Shown here in pieces: positions 1-9,443 of a stretch of DNA of 40,487 nucleotides. Made by a program: the position numbers and the translations under genes. Numbering within the stretch: position 1 is the first letter of the stretch; each line of letters begins with the position of its first letter. Source of the stretch: a candidate division WOR-3 bacterium (lineage in GTDB: Bacteria; Hydrothermota; Tepidihabitantia; SM23-42; JAOAFX01); contig JBDRWI010000013.1 of assembly GCA_039802265.1 (NCBI GenBank), positions 1-40,487 of the forward strand. Reading direction: 5' to 3'. The notes beneath the pieces were generated by a model that was given only the letters and a program-made list of their open reading frames with translations, searched no databases and was not told the DNA's origin.

Positions 1-14
1 GTTTTGACCAATAC

Positions 15-43
15 TGTCATTCTGAGCGTTAGCGAAGAATCTC
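15..43. repeat. REP-like palindromic element (TGTCATTCTGAGCG..GCGAAGAATCTC type)
   Basis: tgtcattctgagcgttagcgaagaatctc with internal attct/agaat pairing, flanked by ccaat/attgg; related degenerate element at 37846-37920. Confidence 0.55.
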
Positions 44-68
44 ATTGGTAACATCAAAACCTTATTGT

Positions 69-96
69 ATTATACCATAAAAACAAAATCTGTCAA
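69..96 (-). promoter_or_regulatory. sigma70-type promoter pointing out of the window
   Basis: minus strand TTGACA (96-91), 16 bp, TATAAT (74-69). Confidence 0.6.
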
Positions 97-426
97 GTCA
101 ACATTTTCAACACAGAGTGAAAATTGTTGACATTGAGCAATTGATAAGCCACCTGTTTCTTTTATTCCGCCAGCATAAGTAATTGACGAGTTTACAGATT
201 TGCCTGTTGTTGCAAAATTACAAATGAAAGCCAATAAAAAGCCCTTTTGTGCCTATTTTTAGTGGTTTAGAAGATAATAATATTATAAAATTCGCCATAG
301 ATATTCCCGGGTTTTAGCTAATTTTATTAAATTTTTAATATCTCTGGGTAATCCAATTACTTCAAGTATTACTTTAACTTCTTTCTTAGGGTGTAAATAA
401 GTTCCCTTTAAGTTTGCATAAAACCA

Positions 427-454
427 TTGACAATCACTAAAAGAAGGATATAAT
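427..454 (+). promoter_or_regulatory. sigma70-type promoter of selC
   Basis: TTGACA 427-432, 16 bp, TATAAT 449-454, 10 nt upstream of the tRNA. Confidence 0.8.
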
Positions 455-464
455 AATTCGTCTC

Positions 465-558
465 GGAGGCGGATGGGTGCTGGTGTGCCTGACGGGCTTC
501 AAACCCGGTTGTCCTTCGAAAGGGGGACGGTAGGTTCGATTCCTACACGCCTCCGCCA
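465..558 (+). tRNA. selC: tRNA-Sec (anticodon UCA)
   Basis: 8/5 fold: GGAGGCGG/ACGCCTCC acceptor; 6-bp D stem with TGGT loop; anticodon loop CTTCAAA (TCA 499-501); long variable arm with GAAA loop; GTAGG-TTCGATT-CCTAC T arm; G discriminator plus encoded CCA; adjacent to selB/selA. Confidence 0.96.
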
Positions 559-2453
559 CCTGCAAGAATTCTTACCTCGCCACGTTTAATGGTAATTCCC
601 TTTGAGTCAAAATAGATTAGTAAGGGTAGGGCATATTTTCTTGTAGTGTTTATCAGGTCACGAAATTCACTGACCCTGATTGAGTTGTGTGTTTTTAAGT
701 ATTGAATCAACTTTTCTCTTGCCTCGGAAAACCTATCCTTATGGAAAAAAATTCCTTCGCCGATGTGGATTAAAATTCCTGTATCAATAAGATGGCGGTA
801 TGCCTTCTTGACCAGATCCGCTGAACCAATATTTTTTTCTAATAATTCCTCAAGCGTTGGTGGCATGAATCCAGCTGAGTAGAATATCTTTTCTAATCTA
901 TCCTTCATTTCCTTAAGTTCCCCGGATACCACAAACTTGAAGTCATAACGGCTCACCTTGCCATCTTCACTAATCTTTATTTTCTTTTCATTCAATAATC
1001 TATTCAGGGCAAAGTTAAAGAGAATATGGTCCATTTGACGGTCTATGGCACTGATTAGCTCAGTCTTGGCAATTCCGATATGGGTGGGATTATTCTGATG
1101 ATAAATATTTATTGCCTCAATTATTTTTGCTTCAAGTCTGTCAAGATTTCTCTTACTGTAGTATAGATTTCTTCTTTCATCAACAATTAGCGCTAAATTC
1201 TTCGTTACAAGTTCACCAATCAATGTTTGAACAGTTTCTGGAGGTAAATTGACATCCCGGGCAATCTCTTCAATCTTTTGGGGCAGGGTGAAATTGGAGT
1301 TGAGGTCTTCTTCAACCAGAACAATCGGGTCCTGCGTCTCAATCTTTTTCAGGTGTTCAAGGAGTTGCTCATCAAATTCCTTTATCTTCTTTGCCTTTGG
1401 TTCAAGAATAACCCCGCCCCCGATTGTTATCTGGGGTGAATATGTCCTTACTACATAACGGTCGCCAATATCGGATACTGCAGGTGTCTCAAGACGAAAT
1501 TGCACCATACCCTTTTCTCCCGGTTCCAAAATCTTTTTTTCCAAGATCACGACCCGCCCTAAAATTTCAGCGGTGCCCAGATGGATTCTCAATCGGGTAA
1601 AGGTCTTTAAAGGTGGGGAAGAACTTAAAAGATACAAACTGGCATTCATATATAGAGATGGTTCAAGATAACCCGGGGTGGCAATTACATTTCCCCTTTC
1701 AATCTCCTCTTTTTCTACCCCGATGATATTTACTGCTGCCCGATAACCGGTGCCAACTTCAATGACCTCCTTATTATGCACCTCAATCCTTCTTACCTTT
1801 AGGTGTTTCTTCTGTGGCAACAACTCAACTGTATCACCAACCTTCACTTTCCCCGAAAGGATAGTCCCGGCAATCACCGTGCCAAAACCCTTCATTGTGA
1901 AACAGCGATCAATGGGCATTCTGAATATCCCTTTATCCATTTTGGGTTCGAGCTGGGAGATAAGTTCGTTAAGGATACGCTTTAATTCATCCATTCCTTC
2001 ACCGGTTAGGTTAGAAACGGCAACAATTGGTGCATCCTTTAGAAAAGAATCTTTGGTAAGCTGGTTTATATCATCAATCACAAGTTCAAGTTGCTCTTTA
2101 TTGACAAGGTCTTTCTTCGTCACAACAATCACACCCTTTTTTACATCCAATAATTTTAAAATCTCAAAATGTTCAACAGTCTGGGGCATTACACCATCAT
2201 CTGCAGCAACGACGAATATCACAAAATCTATGGTGCTTGCACCGGCAAGCATATGCCGGACAAACTTCTCATGCCCGGGCACATCAATAATCGTTACATC
2301 ATCACCATAGAAGGCAAACCCCAGGTCTGTTGTCATTCCCCGCTCTTTTTCTTCTTTTAGACGGTCCGGGTCATAACCGGTCAAAGACTTTATGAGTGCG
2401 CTCTTACCATGGTCAATATGCCCGGCAGTTCCCACGACGATATGTCTTGCCAT
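543..2453 (-). CDS. selB: selenocysteine-specific translation elongation factor SelB
   Basis: GTAGHIDHGKS, DRLKEEKERGMT, DVPGHEKFV, IDRCFTMKGFGTV; C-terminal winged helix with TRKYALPLL; next to selA. Confidence 0.97.
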   Translation of the reverse strand: MARHIVVGTAGHIDHGKSALIKSLTGYDPDRLKEEKERGMTTDLGFAFYGDDVTIIDVPGHEKFVRHMLAGASTIDFVIFVVAADDGVMPQTVEHFEILKLLDVKKGVIVVTKKDLVNKEQLELVIDDINQLTKDSFLKDAPIVAVSNLTGEGMDELKRILNELISQLEPKMDKGIFRMPIDRCFTMKGFGTVIAGTILSGKVKVGDTVELLPQKKHLKVRRIEVHNKEVIEVGTGYRAAVNIIGVEKEEIERGNVIATPGYLEPSLYMNASLYLLSSSPPLKTFTRLRIHLGTAEILGRVVILEKKILEPGEKGMVQFRLETPAVSDIGDRYVVRTYSPQITIGGGVILEPKAKKIKEFDEQLLEHLKKIETQDPIVLVEEDLNSNFTLPQKIEEIARDVNLPPETVQTLIGELVTKNLALIVDERRNLYYSKRNLDRLEAKIIEAINIYHQNNPTHIGIAKTELISAIDRQMDHILFNFALNRLLNEKKIKISEDGKVSRYDFKFVVSGELKEMKDRLEKIFYSAGFMPPTLEELLEKNIGSADLVKKAYRHLIDTGILIHIGEGIFFHKDRFSEAREKLIQYLKTHNSIRVSEFRDLINTTRKYALPLLIYFDSKGITIKRGEVRILAGGGGV

Positions 2454-2454
2454 C

Positions 2455-3837
2455 TTAATCTCTCAGTATCTCATTCAATGCCCGAGCAATTATCTTTTCT
2501 TCACCCTTTAATACAGTGCGAAAGTCAAGAATTAAAGTGTCTTTTTCAATCCGACCAAAGATGGGGGGCTGGTATAGTCTCAACTCCCTTGCCAGTCTTT
2601 CTACCGGTATATTTTTCGGTCTGATTTCAAGGACATAGGTTGGTAATTCTTCAGTGCTTAAAGACCCCCCTCCTATTTCCGAAACCGATTCTCTGATTGT
2701 CCATTTTATTTTATCTTGCTTATTTAGTGCCCGGACACAATTCTTTGCCTGCCTTTTAATCAAATCTAAGGGTTTCAAGAGTATTGAGATTACACTATGC
2801 TCTTTGATTATCTGTTCTTCGTTCTTTAAGAATAGACAGAGGGTTGCCTCAAGTGCCGCACTGGTCAGTTTATCACAGCGCAATGCCCTATTAAGGGGAT
2901 TCTTTTTGATTTTCTCAATATATTCTTTCCTACCAATTATTATACCACACTGTGGTCCACCGATAAGTTTATCACCGCTGAAGCAGACAATATCAGCACC
3001 ACGTTCTACACTCTCCTGAACCAGAGGTTCCTTGGGAAGACCATATTTTGAGAAGTCGATAAGGGCACCGCTCCCAAGGTCATCAATCACCACAAGGTTA
3101 TATTTTCTGCCCAGTTCCACGAGTTCCTCCAGAGGCACATCTTTTGTAAAACCTGATATCCGGTAGTTTGACTGGTGGACCCTCATAATCGCTGCAGTCT
3201 TTTCCGATATTGCCGATTCATAATCCCGCAAGTGAGTGCGATTTGTTGTACCTACTTCATGTAGTATTGCCCCGCTCTGTGCCATTACCTCCGGAATTCT
3301 GAATGAACCACCAATCTCAATCAACTGACCGCGGGAGACGATAACCTCTTTACCACAGGCAACGGTATTCAATATAAGAAGAGTTGCCGCGGCATTGTTA
3401 TTGACGATCATTCCTGCCTCAGCACCGGTAATGATCTTGAGGAGTTTACTTATCTTTTTATAACGGTCTGCTCGCCTTCCTTCTTCATCAATCTGAAGCC
3501 GGGAATAGCCAATTGCCACTGAATTTAAAGCCTCCACCACCTTCCTTGAAAATGGTGCCCGGCCCAATCCGGTATGGAGCACAATCCCCAGACCGTTGAT
3601 TGCATAGGTAAAATATGGCGTTGTTAATTCATTCAACTCATTCACTATATTTTTCAGAAGTTGCTGGGGACTCATTTCTTCTCCGTCAGTCAACCTTTTT
3701 CTGAATTCTTCAACCTCATAACGTACAACTGTAGTAATGTAATTACGGTCCATTCTTTCAAAAAATATCTTTAAATCCGGAGAATTGAGGAGATGCTCTA
3801 CCGAAGGTATCGTCCTTAAAATATCTTCGCGGGCCAT
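2455..3837 (-). CDS. selA: L-seryl-tRNA(Sec) selenium transferase SelA
   Basis: LHTGLGRAP, VNNNAAA, SRGQLIEIGGSFRIP, EVGTTNRTH, FSGDKLIGGPQ (PLP lysine). ATG 3837 preferred over TTG 3843, which overlaps the -10 box. Confidence 0.96.
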   Translation of the reverse strand: MAREDILRTIPSVEHLLNSPDLKIFFERMDRNYITTVVRYEVEEFRKRLTDGEEMSPQQLLKNIVNELNELTTPYFTYAINGLGIVLHTGLGRAPFSRKVVEALNSVAIGYSRLQIDEEGRRADRYKKISKLLKIITGAEAGMIVNNNAAATLLILNTVACGKEVIVSRGQLIEIGGSFRIPEVMAQSGAILHEVGTTNRTHLRDYESAISEKTAAIMRVHQSNYRISGFTKDVPLEELVELGRKYNLVVIDDLGSGALIDFSKYGLPKEPLVQESVERGADIVCFSGDKLIGGPQCGIIIGRKEYIEKIKKNPLNRALRCDKLTSAALEATLCLFLKNEEQIIKEHSVISILLKPLDLIKRQAKNCVRALNKQDKIKWTIRESVSEIGGGSLSTEELPTYVLEIRPKNIPVERLARELRLYQPPIFGRIEKDTLILDFRTVLKGEEKIIARALNEILRD

Positions 3838-3842
3838 CGTCA

Positions 3843-3870
3843 ATTATAGTAAATTAAAGATAAAAGTCAA
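3843..3870 (-). promoter_or_regulatory. sigma70-type promoter of selAB (probably leaderless mRNA)
   Basis: TTGACT, 16 bp, TATAAT, 5 nt, ATG; no Shine-Dalgarno. Confidence 0.7.
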
Positions 3871-3876
3871 TCACTC

Positions 3877-4359
3877 TTACAATTTATAGCCAATCCTTCT
3901 CAAGAATTCATAGCGCTCTTTCTTCGCATGCTCATCTTCAATTCCCTTTGAGGCAAAACCATCAATAACGCCGATAATACCCTTGCCCTGCTCATCTTCT
4001 ACATAGAGTATCTCAACCGGATTTGCCGTGGCACAGAAGATATTGAGAATCTCCGGGCAGGCCTTTATTCGGTCAAGAACATTCAGCGGAAAGGCGTTTT
4101 TTATAAAGATAATAAAAAAATGTCCCGCCCCAATCTTGAAGGCATATTCTTTGGCGAGTTCGGTCAAATGCGGGTCATTTCCTTCATACCGCACCAGACA
4201 GGGTCCGGATGCCTCACAGAAGCCGATGCCGAATTTTATATTACTGACCGAATTCACCAGTGCCTCATAAAGGTCCTCCACGGTCTTGATGAAATGAGTC
4301 TGCCCGCATATTACATTTGTACCCTCGGGTGGTTCAATCTTAATCTTTTTTATCTCCAT
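3877..4359 (-). CDS. adenosine-specific kinase family protein (DUF355-like)
   Basis: GQTHFIKTVEDLYEAL, FCEASGPCLVR, IFCATANPVE, GVIDG, FLRRIGYK; GGAGG SD before ATG 4359. Confidence 0.85.
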   Translation of the reverse strand: MEIKKIKIEPPEGTNVICGQTHFIKTVEDLYEALVNSVSNIKFGIGFCEASGPCLVRYEGNDPHLTELAKEYAFKIGAGHFFIIFIKNAFPLNVLDRIKACPEILNIFCATANPVEILYVEDEQGKGIIGVIDGFASKGIEDEHAKKERYEFLRRIGYKL

Positions 4360-4375
4360 ATTACCTCCCACCAAT

Positions 4376-5245
4376 TTAATAGCCAAGTTCCCTTAAAAAT
4401 CTCTTGTCCTTACGCCATCCCTCCCTTACTTTTACCCATAAATCAAGATACACCCCCTTTCCAACCAATTCCTCTATCTCCTTTCGCGCCATTTCACCGA
4501 TCTTCTTTAAACCCGCTCCGTCTCTACCAATCAGAATTGCCTTTTGCGAATCTTTCTCCACATAGATTGTTGCCCGGATGTAGTCTTTCCCTTTTTCTCT
4601 TTCTTTGAATTCTTCAATAATAACTCCGGTGGAATAGGGAATCTCTTTTCTGTATAACTCAAAGATCTTCTCTCTTATTAATTCTGCAACGAAGAATCTT
4701 ACCGGACGGTCTGAGAGTTCTTCCGGCGGATAAAGAAACGGTCCTTCCGGTAGTTCCCGGAAAATAATATTTTCTAACTCTTCAACCCCCTCTCCGGAAA
4801 GGGCCGATATTGGAACAATCTCTTTGACTGCATACTCCTTCATTCGCTCAATCAATGGTAAAATATCATTTTTATTACTGACAAGGTCGATCTTATTTAT
4901 TACCAGAATCACCGGCTTATCACCAATCATCTTTAGGAATTTCGGGGGAAAATTTTCTACTTTGAACCAGGGGTCAATCACCCAGAGGACAACATCGGCA
5001 CCTTCTAAAGCCTCTTTTATTTCTTTAACCATATACTCCTGTAATAGGTATGCTGGCTCAATAATCCCGGGTGTATCAAGAAAAAGACACTGACAATCAC
5101 CTTTGGTGAGAATTCCGAGGATTCTGTAGCGAGTGGTCTGGGGTTTATTACTGGTAATAGAAAGTTTCGTCTTTAAAAGACGATTTAATAGTGTCGACTT
5201 ACCAACATTCGGCTCACCAATTATAGCAACAAAACCTGTCTTCAT
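4376..5245 (-). CDS. era: GTPase Era
   Basis: GFVAIIGEPNVGKSTLLN, KPQTTR, DTPGI, NKID; KH domain with EIPYS, SQKAILIG, LWVKV. Confidence 0.97.
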   Translation of the reverse strand: MKTGFVAIIGEPNVGKSTLLNRLLKTKLSITSNKPQTTRYRILGILTKGDCQCLFLDTPGIIEPAYLLQEYMVKEIKEALEGADVVLWVIDPWFKVENFPPKFLKMIGDKPVILVINKIDLVSNKNDILPLIERMKEYAVKEIVPISALSGEGVEELENIIFRELPEGPFLYPPEELSDRPVRFFVAELIREKIFELYRKEIPYSTGVIIEEFKEREKGKDYIRATIYVEKDSQKAILIGRDGAGLKKIGEMARKEIEELVGKGVYLDLWVKVREGWRKDKRFLRELGY

Positions 5246-5250
5246 TTTGA

Positions 5251-5288
5251 AATAAAAAGGGACTGCCCCGAAGATTGGCAGTCCCTTT
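5251..5288 (-). terminator. Rho-independent terminator
   Basis: aaagggactgcc / ggcagtcccttt inverted repeat (5256-5267 / 5277-5288) followed by a U-rich tract on the minus strand. Confidence 0.75.
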
Positions 5289-5302
5289 GGATGACTCTCT
5301 TC

Positions 5303-6574
5303 CTATTCTGTCTTCTTCTCCTCCCCGCTTTCTTCAGGTCTGGTCTCTCCTTCCTTCTTTTCTGGTTCTCCTTCTTTCTTCTTCCCTTTTGTCTTCTTCT
5401 CCTCCTTCTTTGGTTCTTCCTCAGGTTTTTCTTCTTCTTTTTTCTCTTCTTCTTTCTTTTCCTCAAAGGCCTCTTCTTTGATTTCGAGTAAATTCTTGTC
5501 GTCCTTTTTCTTTACAAGTACAGTAAAGATAATGGTATTACCCGCATAGAAGATTGAAAGTCCCAAAGAACAAACACCAAGGATTATAAGATAGTAGATT
5601 ATCCCCAGTAAAAAGGAGCTGATAGCACCAGCCCAGGTTTCATAGGCAGGCGAATACTCAGGAGGAAAAAGCAGATTGGGCATACCAACCCACTCGATAT
5701 ATCTGGTGATAAGTTCCTGTACTGATTCGGGATAGAAGGAGGGAATTGTTAATTTTACATAATAGGCAGCATTGAGCAGAATATTATCAAGTTTTGCTTC
5801 AGGAACGATAATTCCAATTACATCCTGTCCTAAAAAGATTGCCTTCACGGCAAAGAAACCGAGGATTCCCACACCCACAATTACGATAAGTTTCAACAGG
5901 AATTCGTAGATGATAAATCGCCAGGGTTGGTCATTGATCACCGAAAATGATTCAAAGAGTGTATCAAATGTATCATTGCCGGTTGTGCCCACAATTGAAG
6001 GACCAATAATCAGCGATACAACTGTAACAATAACCAGGTAGAGAATAAAGATGCAGACAAAAAAGGCTGGAATCGCCATAACTGCAAAGAAGAGCTGACC
6101 AAAATAGGGAATCCAGGTGATCAAAGCAAGAATAATGCCCATCACGATAAGGGAAATCATAAAGAGTATCAAGACCACCGGCGCGAGGAGTGCTGATTTA
6201 CCATTTTTTAGTGCAAACTTTATTGCCTCCTTAATCTCGTAAAACTCATCGCCCTTTAGTTGTTCATAGGTAATCTTTGATATTGCCACACCCGTGAGCA
6301 ATGCCACAAGTATCCACCAGATAATTCCAATAATCCACAATAACCAGGAATACCAGGGCCAGGTCGTCTCTCCAGAATAATAGGGTACAAGGCGAAAGGC
6401 TTCCCAGACCTCGCTGAGTTCCGTTCCCCCGGCTATGAATGCGAGATATGACAGGATTCCGTATCCTATAAATGCAACGAGAAGACCTAAAAAACCTACC
6501 CACATCTTTTTGGCGCTGAAGCCAAGTCGTCCAGCGCGAAAGACATCTTTATAATTAAAATGCATATTGGTCAC
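5303..6574 (-). CDS. polytopic membrane protein with Lys/Glu-rich C-terminal tail, function unknown
   Basis: 423-aa ORF, multiple hydrophobic segments, AAGGAGG SD before GTG, own promoter. Confidence 0.8.
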   Translation of the reverse strand: MTNMHFNYKDVFRAGRLGFSAKKMWVGFLGLLVAFIGYGILSYLAFIAGGTELSEVWEAFRLVPYYSGETTWPWYSWLLWIIGIIWWILVALLTGVAISKITYEQLKGDEFYEIKEAIKFALKNGKSALLAPVVLILFMISLIVMGIILALITWIPYFGQLFFAVMAIPAFFVCIFILYLVIVTVVSLIIGPSIVGTTGNDTFDTLFESFSVINDQPWRFIIYEFLLKLIVIVGVGILGFFAVKAIFLGQDVIGIIVPEAKLDNILLNAAYYVKLTIPSFYPESVQELITRYIEWVGMPNLLFPPEYSPAYETWAGAISSFLLGIIYYLIILGVCSLGLSIFYAGNTIIFTVLVKKKDDKNLLEIKEEAFEEKKEEEKKEEEKPEEEPKKEEKKTKGKKKEGEPEKKEGETRPEESGEEKKTE

Positions 6575-6595
6575 CTTACCTCCTTAAAGTATCTT

Positions 6596-6623
6596 ATTAT
6601 AACCACAATTGAACAGATGTCAA
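6596..6623 (-). promoter_or_regulatory. sigma70-type promoter
   Basis: TTGACA, 16 bp, TATAAT upstream of the SD of the 5303-6574 gene. Confidence 0.75.
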
Positions 6624-6640
6624 TACTTTAACTAAATATT

Positions 6641-7225
6641 TTATATCAATATTAATAGCAGACTCATCACCGTCCCGGTCAGGATGGGAACCGAAAAATT
6701 GTCATCCCAGGGTAATGGTAATACCTCAAAGAATGTAGCTGATAAGGCGCCCACAATAAGACAGATAATGGGAAGGTCCAACAAACCATACAGGACAATT
6801 ACCGAGATAAGGTTGGACCCGAAAAAACCAAGACTGCCAATGAGTGATTTCTTAAATATTCTCGGACTTTTGATATTCTGACCGAGCATTGCGGCAAATG
6901 TATCCCCGATTATTATAAAGGTACAGGCAGCAATGACAATAGACCTTGAGAATAAAAGGGCAGTAATCAAACATCCTAAAAGTAGATAGGTTGCGCCACT
7001 TAATTGGTGGAGTTCCCGCCGCCTCAAGAATGATCCAAAAAGAATAATGAATCCCTCTTTAAAGCCGTTGACATGGAGGCGGAAAAAATCTATAACCACA
7101 ATAATAACGGTCACCAAAAATAGTAATAACCGTGCAGAACCAATACTGGGCAATTTATAATAAAGCACGGGAATAAAAATCGCCCAGAGATTCAGCAATT
7201 TCCTGAATATCTCTGCCTTGATCAC
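6641..7225 (-). CDS. dolichol kinase / phosphatidate cytidylyltransferase-like (SEC59/DGK1/VTE5 family) membrane protein
   Basis: EIFRKLLN, LSGATY, GDTFAAMLG, KKSLIGS, DDNFSVP motifs. Confidence 0.8.
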   Translation of the reverse strand: MIKAEIFRKLLNLWAIFIPVLYYKLPSIGSARLLLFLVTVIIVVIDFFRLHVNGFKEGFIILFGSFLRRRELHQLSGATYLLLGCLITALLFSRSIVIAACTFIIIGDTFAAMLGQNIKSPRIFKKSLIGSLGFFGSNLISVIVLYGLLDLPIICLIVGALSATFFEVLPLPWDDNFSVPILTGTVMSLLLILI

Positions 7226-7231
7226 CTTTTA

Positions 7232-8128
7232 TCAAAACTCCAGTTTAAGAGAAAGTTTGTTGGAATGCCCGAGGTCCTTATGGGTAAGAAAGGCATAATC
7301 AAAATTCAACTTCCGGTAGCGTAGACCTGCCCCAAATGTATAACGGGCATTTGTCTTGCCTATGCGTCCGGCAATTATGCCTTTGTAGCGATATTCAAGT
7401 CCGGTATTTAACTCAAAACCTCTTTCAGCAAATTTCTTTATCAGGTCAGATTCAAGGGTAAAAAAGGAGTTCATCCTGGGAAGGGGAATTTGAGGCGCAA
7501 GTCCGATTGAGAATTGTGGAAAGATTGATTCCCGTGATTTATTATCCCAGACAATTGGTGCAAGTATAAAATCCCTGATGGCAAATCCAAAATTCAAATT
7601 ATTTAAAATAATCTTAAGTCCAATGTCAAATCCACCACCGAATCCATTTAGAACATATAGATCCCGATAATAGACCTTGAGATTGGCACCGTAGGCGAAA
7701 AGTCCCTTGCTCTGGGATGCATTTAGATAGAAGATAACATCCTTGGTAGATACTGTATCATCAACAATCGGCGGATTATCGGGTCCTAAGGGTAGACTGT
7801 CGTTGAGCAGACTTGTCAACTTGATATTGTTGACAATTATTGCCTGAAGTCCAAGACCAAAGGCACTGTTATCCTTGGGTATTACTACCGAACCGAATTC
7901 GTTTTTTACAATACCGGAAAAATTCTCGGCATGCATCAGCACGAACGAACGGGTCAGAGAGGCTGAACAGGCGGGATTTAAGGAAATCACCGATGGGTCC
8001 TCTCCCTGGGCAATACCGGTATTCCCCATTGCACATATCCTTGCCCCAACACCAAGATTCTGAAATTCACCGGCATAATTATCAGCTGCCATTAAAGAAA
8101 GAAAGATGATTGACTTAAGAACCAACAC
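7232..8128 (-). CDS. PorV/PorQ-like outer-membrane beta-barrel protein
   Basis: signal peptide; LGVGARICAMG..NPA N-terminal motif; alternating beta strands; C-terminal FDYAF..LGHSNKLSLKLEF ending in Phe. Confidence 0.7.
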   Translation of the reverse strand: MLVLKSIIFLSLMAADNYAGEFQNLGVGARICAMGNTGIAQGEDPSVISLNPACSASLTRSFVLMHAENFSGIVKNEFGSVVIPKDNSAFGLGLQAIIVNNIKLTSLLNDSLPLGPDNPPIVDDTVSTKDVIFYLNASQSKGLFAYGANLKVYYRDLYVLNGFGGGFDIGLKIILNNLNFGFAIRDFILAPIVWDNKSRESIFPQFSIGLAPQIPLPRMNSFFTLESDLIKKFAERGFELNTGLEYRYKGIIAGRIGKTNARYTFGAGLRYRKLNFDYAFLTHKDLGHSNKLSLKLEF

Positions 8129-9407
8129 AGCGCACCGTTCCTCTTAATGACTTTTTTATTCTTGTGCCATGTCCATGGCGTGCCTTCAATTCAATGCGAA
8201 ACTCATAATCACCGGGGGGAACAAGGTTATTATGCTCATCAAGACCCTCCCAGACAATCAAGAATTCTCCTGGTGGTCTTTTTAATCCCTTAACAAGTTC
8301 CTTAACCATCTCTCCCTTCTGATTATAGATATATATGTCCACCCTAGCCTCATCGGTAAGATAAATTGCCAGGGTAGTTCCCGGCTGTTTATAACTAAAC
8401 TCCTTGGGAAATGTACCAACCACAAAACCGTCAATTGCAATCCAGAGGTATTGACCCCCCTCCCTTTCGCTGATAAAGACCTGACCATACCTTCGGTTAA
8501 TGGTAATTCCCCGGGGTGAGATAAATTCGCCCTCCTCGACCCCGGTTCTTCCTTCGGTTATTATGTAATTCAAATTCCGGTCAAATTTGTGAATTTGATT
8601 ATTGACCTCATCCGTAACATATATGTTGCCGAAATAGTCCACTGCACAATAGAGAAAATTTGACTCAGTAAGGCCAATTTCAAAATTATAGACCGAATTA
8701 AGAAACCGGCCACCTGTGGTAAACTTGGAAACCCGGCTCCCCTTATTATCGGTTATTACAATAAAATCGTCTTTATAATGATTGTGCGGGGCATCGGCAT
8801 CAATTACCTCAATCCCCATTGGCTGGTATATTTCACCCCAGGCAGTTCCTTCCTTTCCAAACTCAAGGATTTTATTGCCTTCTGGCGAATAAACATAGAC
8901 CTTGGAATTATCAAAATCGGTTATATAAAGATTATTCTTTGAATCAAAGCAGACATCAAACGGTCGTCCAGGTAGTAAAATTTCACCTGAATATTGAAGA
9001 TTGCCATTTTTATATTGCAATTTTACCACCCTTTTATTTCCGTAATCCGCCAGGGCAATCAGACCATCCTCATCGGCCGTGATTCCTTTGGGACTGGAGA
9101 AGACCTGGGTGCTGCCATAGACCTTCAATCCGGAAAAACCGACATTATAGACAATCTGACCGGACCCGGAATTTACGGCAAATACTGTTAATTCATCATC
9201 ATCCTTTTTCGTCTTAGGGTCATCAAGCTCCTTTAATTTTACTGCCGCAATCCCCTGGGGGTCGTTATAGTTGAAATTTGAGCCCAGAAAGAGTCGGAGA
9301 TAATATTTTGATGCACGATAGAATCCCAGGGTATGCTCAAATGGCGGAACCGCAAGGGTCTGGGGATTATACTGCTGGGCAAAAAGAATTAGAAGGATAA
9401 ACAGCAT
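8115..9407 (-). CDS. secreted NHL-repeat beta-propeller protein with C-terminal FlgD Ig-like domain
   Basis: repeats FSSPKGITAD, FISPRGITIN, GNIYVTD; C-terminal IYNQKGEMVKEL..WEGLDEHNNLVPPGDY. Confidence 0.8.
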   Translation of the reverse strand: MLFILLILFAQQYNPQTLAVPPFEHTLGFYRASKYYLRLFLGSNFNYNDPQGIAAVKLKELDDPKTKKDDDELTVFAVNSGSGQIVYNVGFSGLKVYGSTQVFSSPKGITADEDGLIALADYGNKRVVKLQYKNGNLQYSGEILLPGRPFDVCFDSKNNLYITDFDNSKVYVYSPEGNKILEFGKEGTAWGEIYQPMGIEVIDADAPHNHYKDDFIVITDNKGSRVSKFTTGGRFLNSVYNFEIGLTESNFLYCAVDYFGNIYVTDEVNNQIHKFDRNLNYIITEGRTGVEEGEFISPRGITINRRYGQVFISEREGGQYLWIAIDGFVVGTFPKEFSYKQPGTTLAIYLTDEARVDIYIYNQKGEMVKELVKGLKRPPGEFLIVWEGLDEHNNLVPPGDYEFRIELKARHGHGTRIKKSLRGTVRCVGS

Positions 9408-9413
9408 ATTTTA

Positions 9414-9441
9414 AGTATAAGGATTTTTACAAGATTGTCAA
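9414..9441 (-). promoter_or_regulatory. sigma70-type promoter (probably leaderless mRNA)
   Basis: TTGACA, 16 bp, TATACT, 6 nt, ATG 9407. Confidence 0.7.
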
Positions 9442-9443
9442 CC

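Noticed and set aside
284..425. Open minus-strand stretch (..YLHPKKEVKVILEVIGLPRDIKNL..)
   Set aside because: No credible start codon or recognisable family.
5242..5491. Short Arg/Lys-rich and Phe/Leu-rich ORFs
   Set aside because: Alternative-frame and antisense shadows of the low-complexity Lys/Glu tail of 5303-6574.
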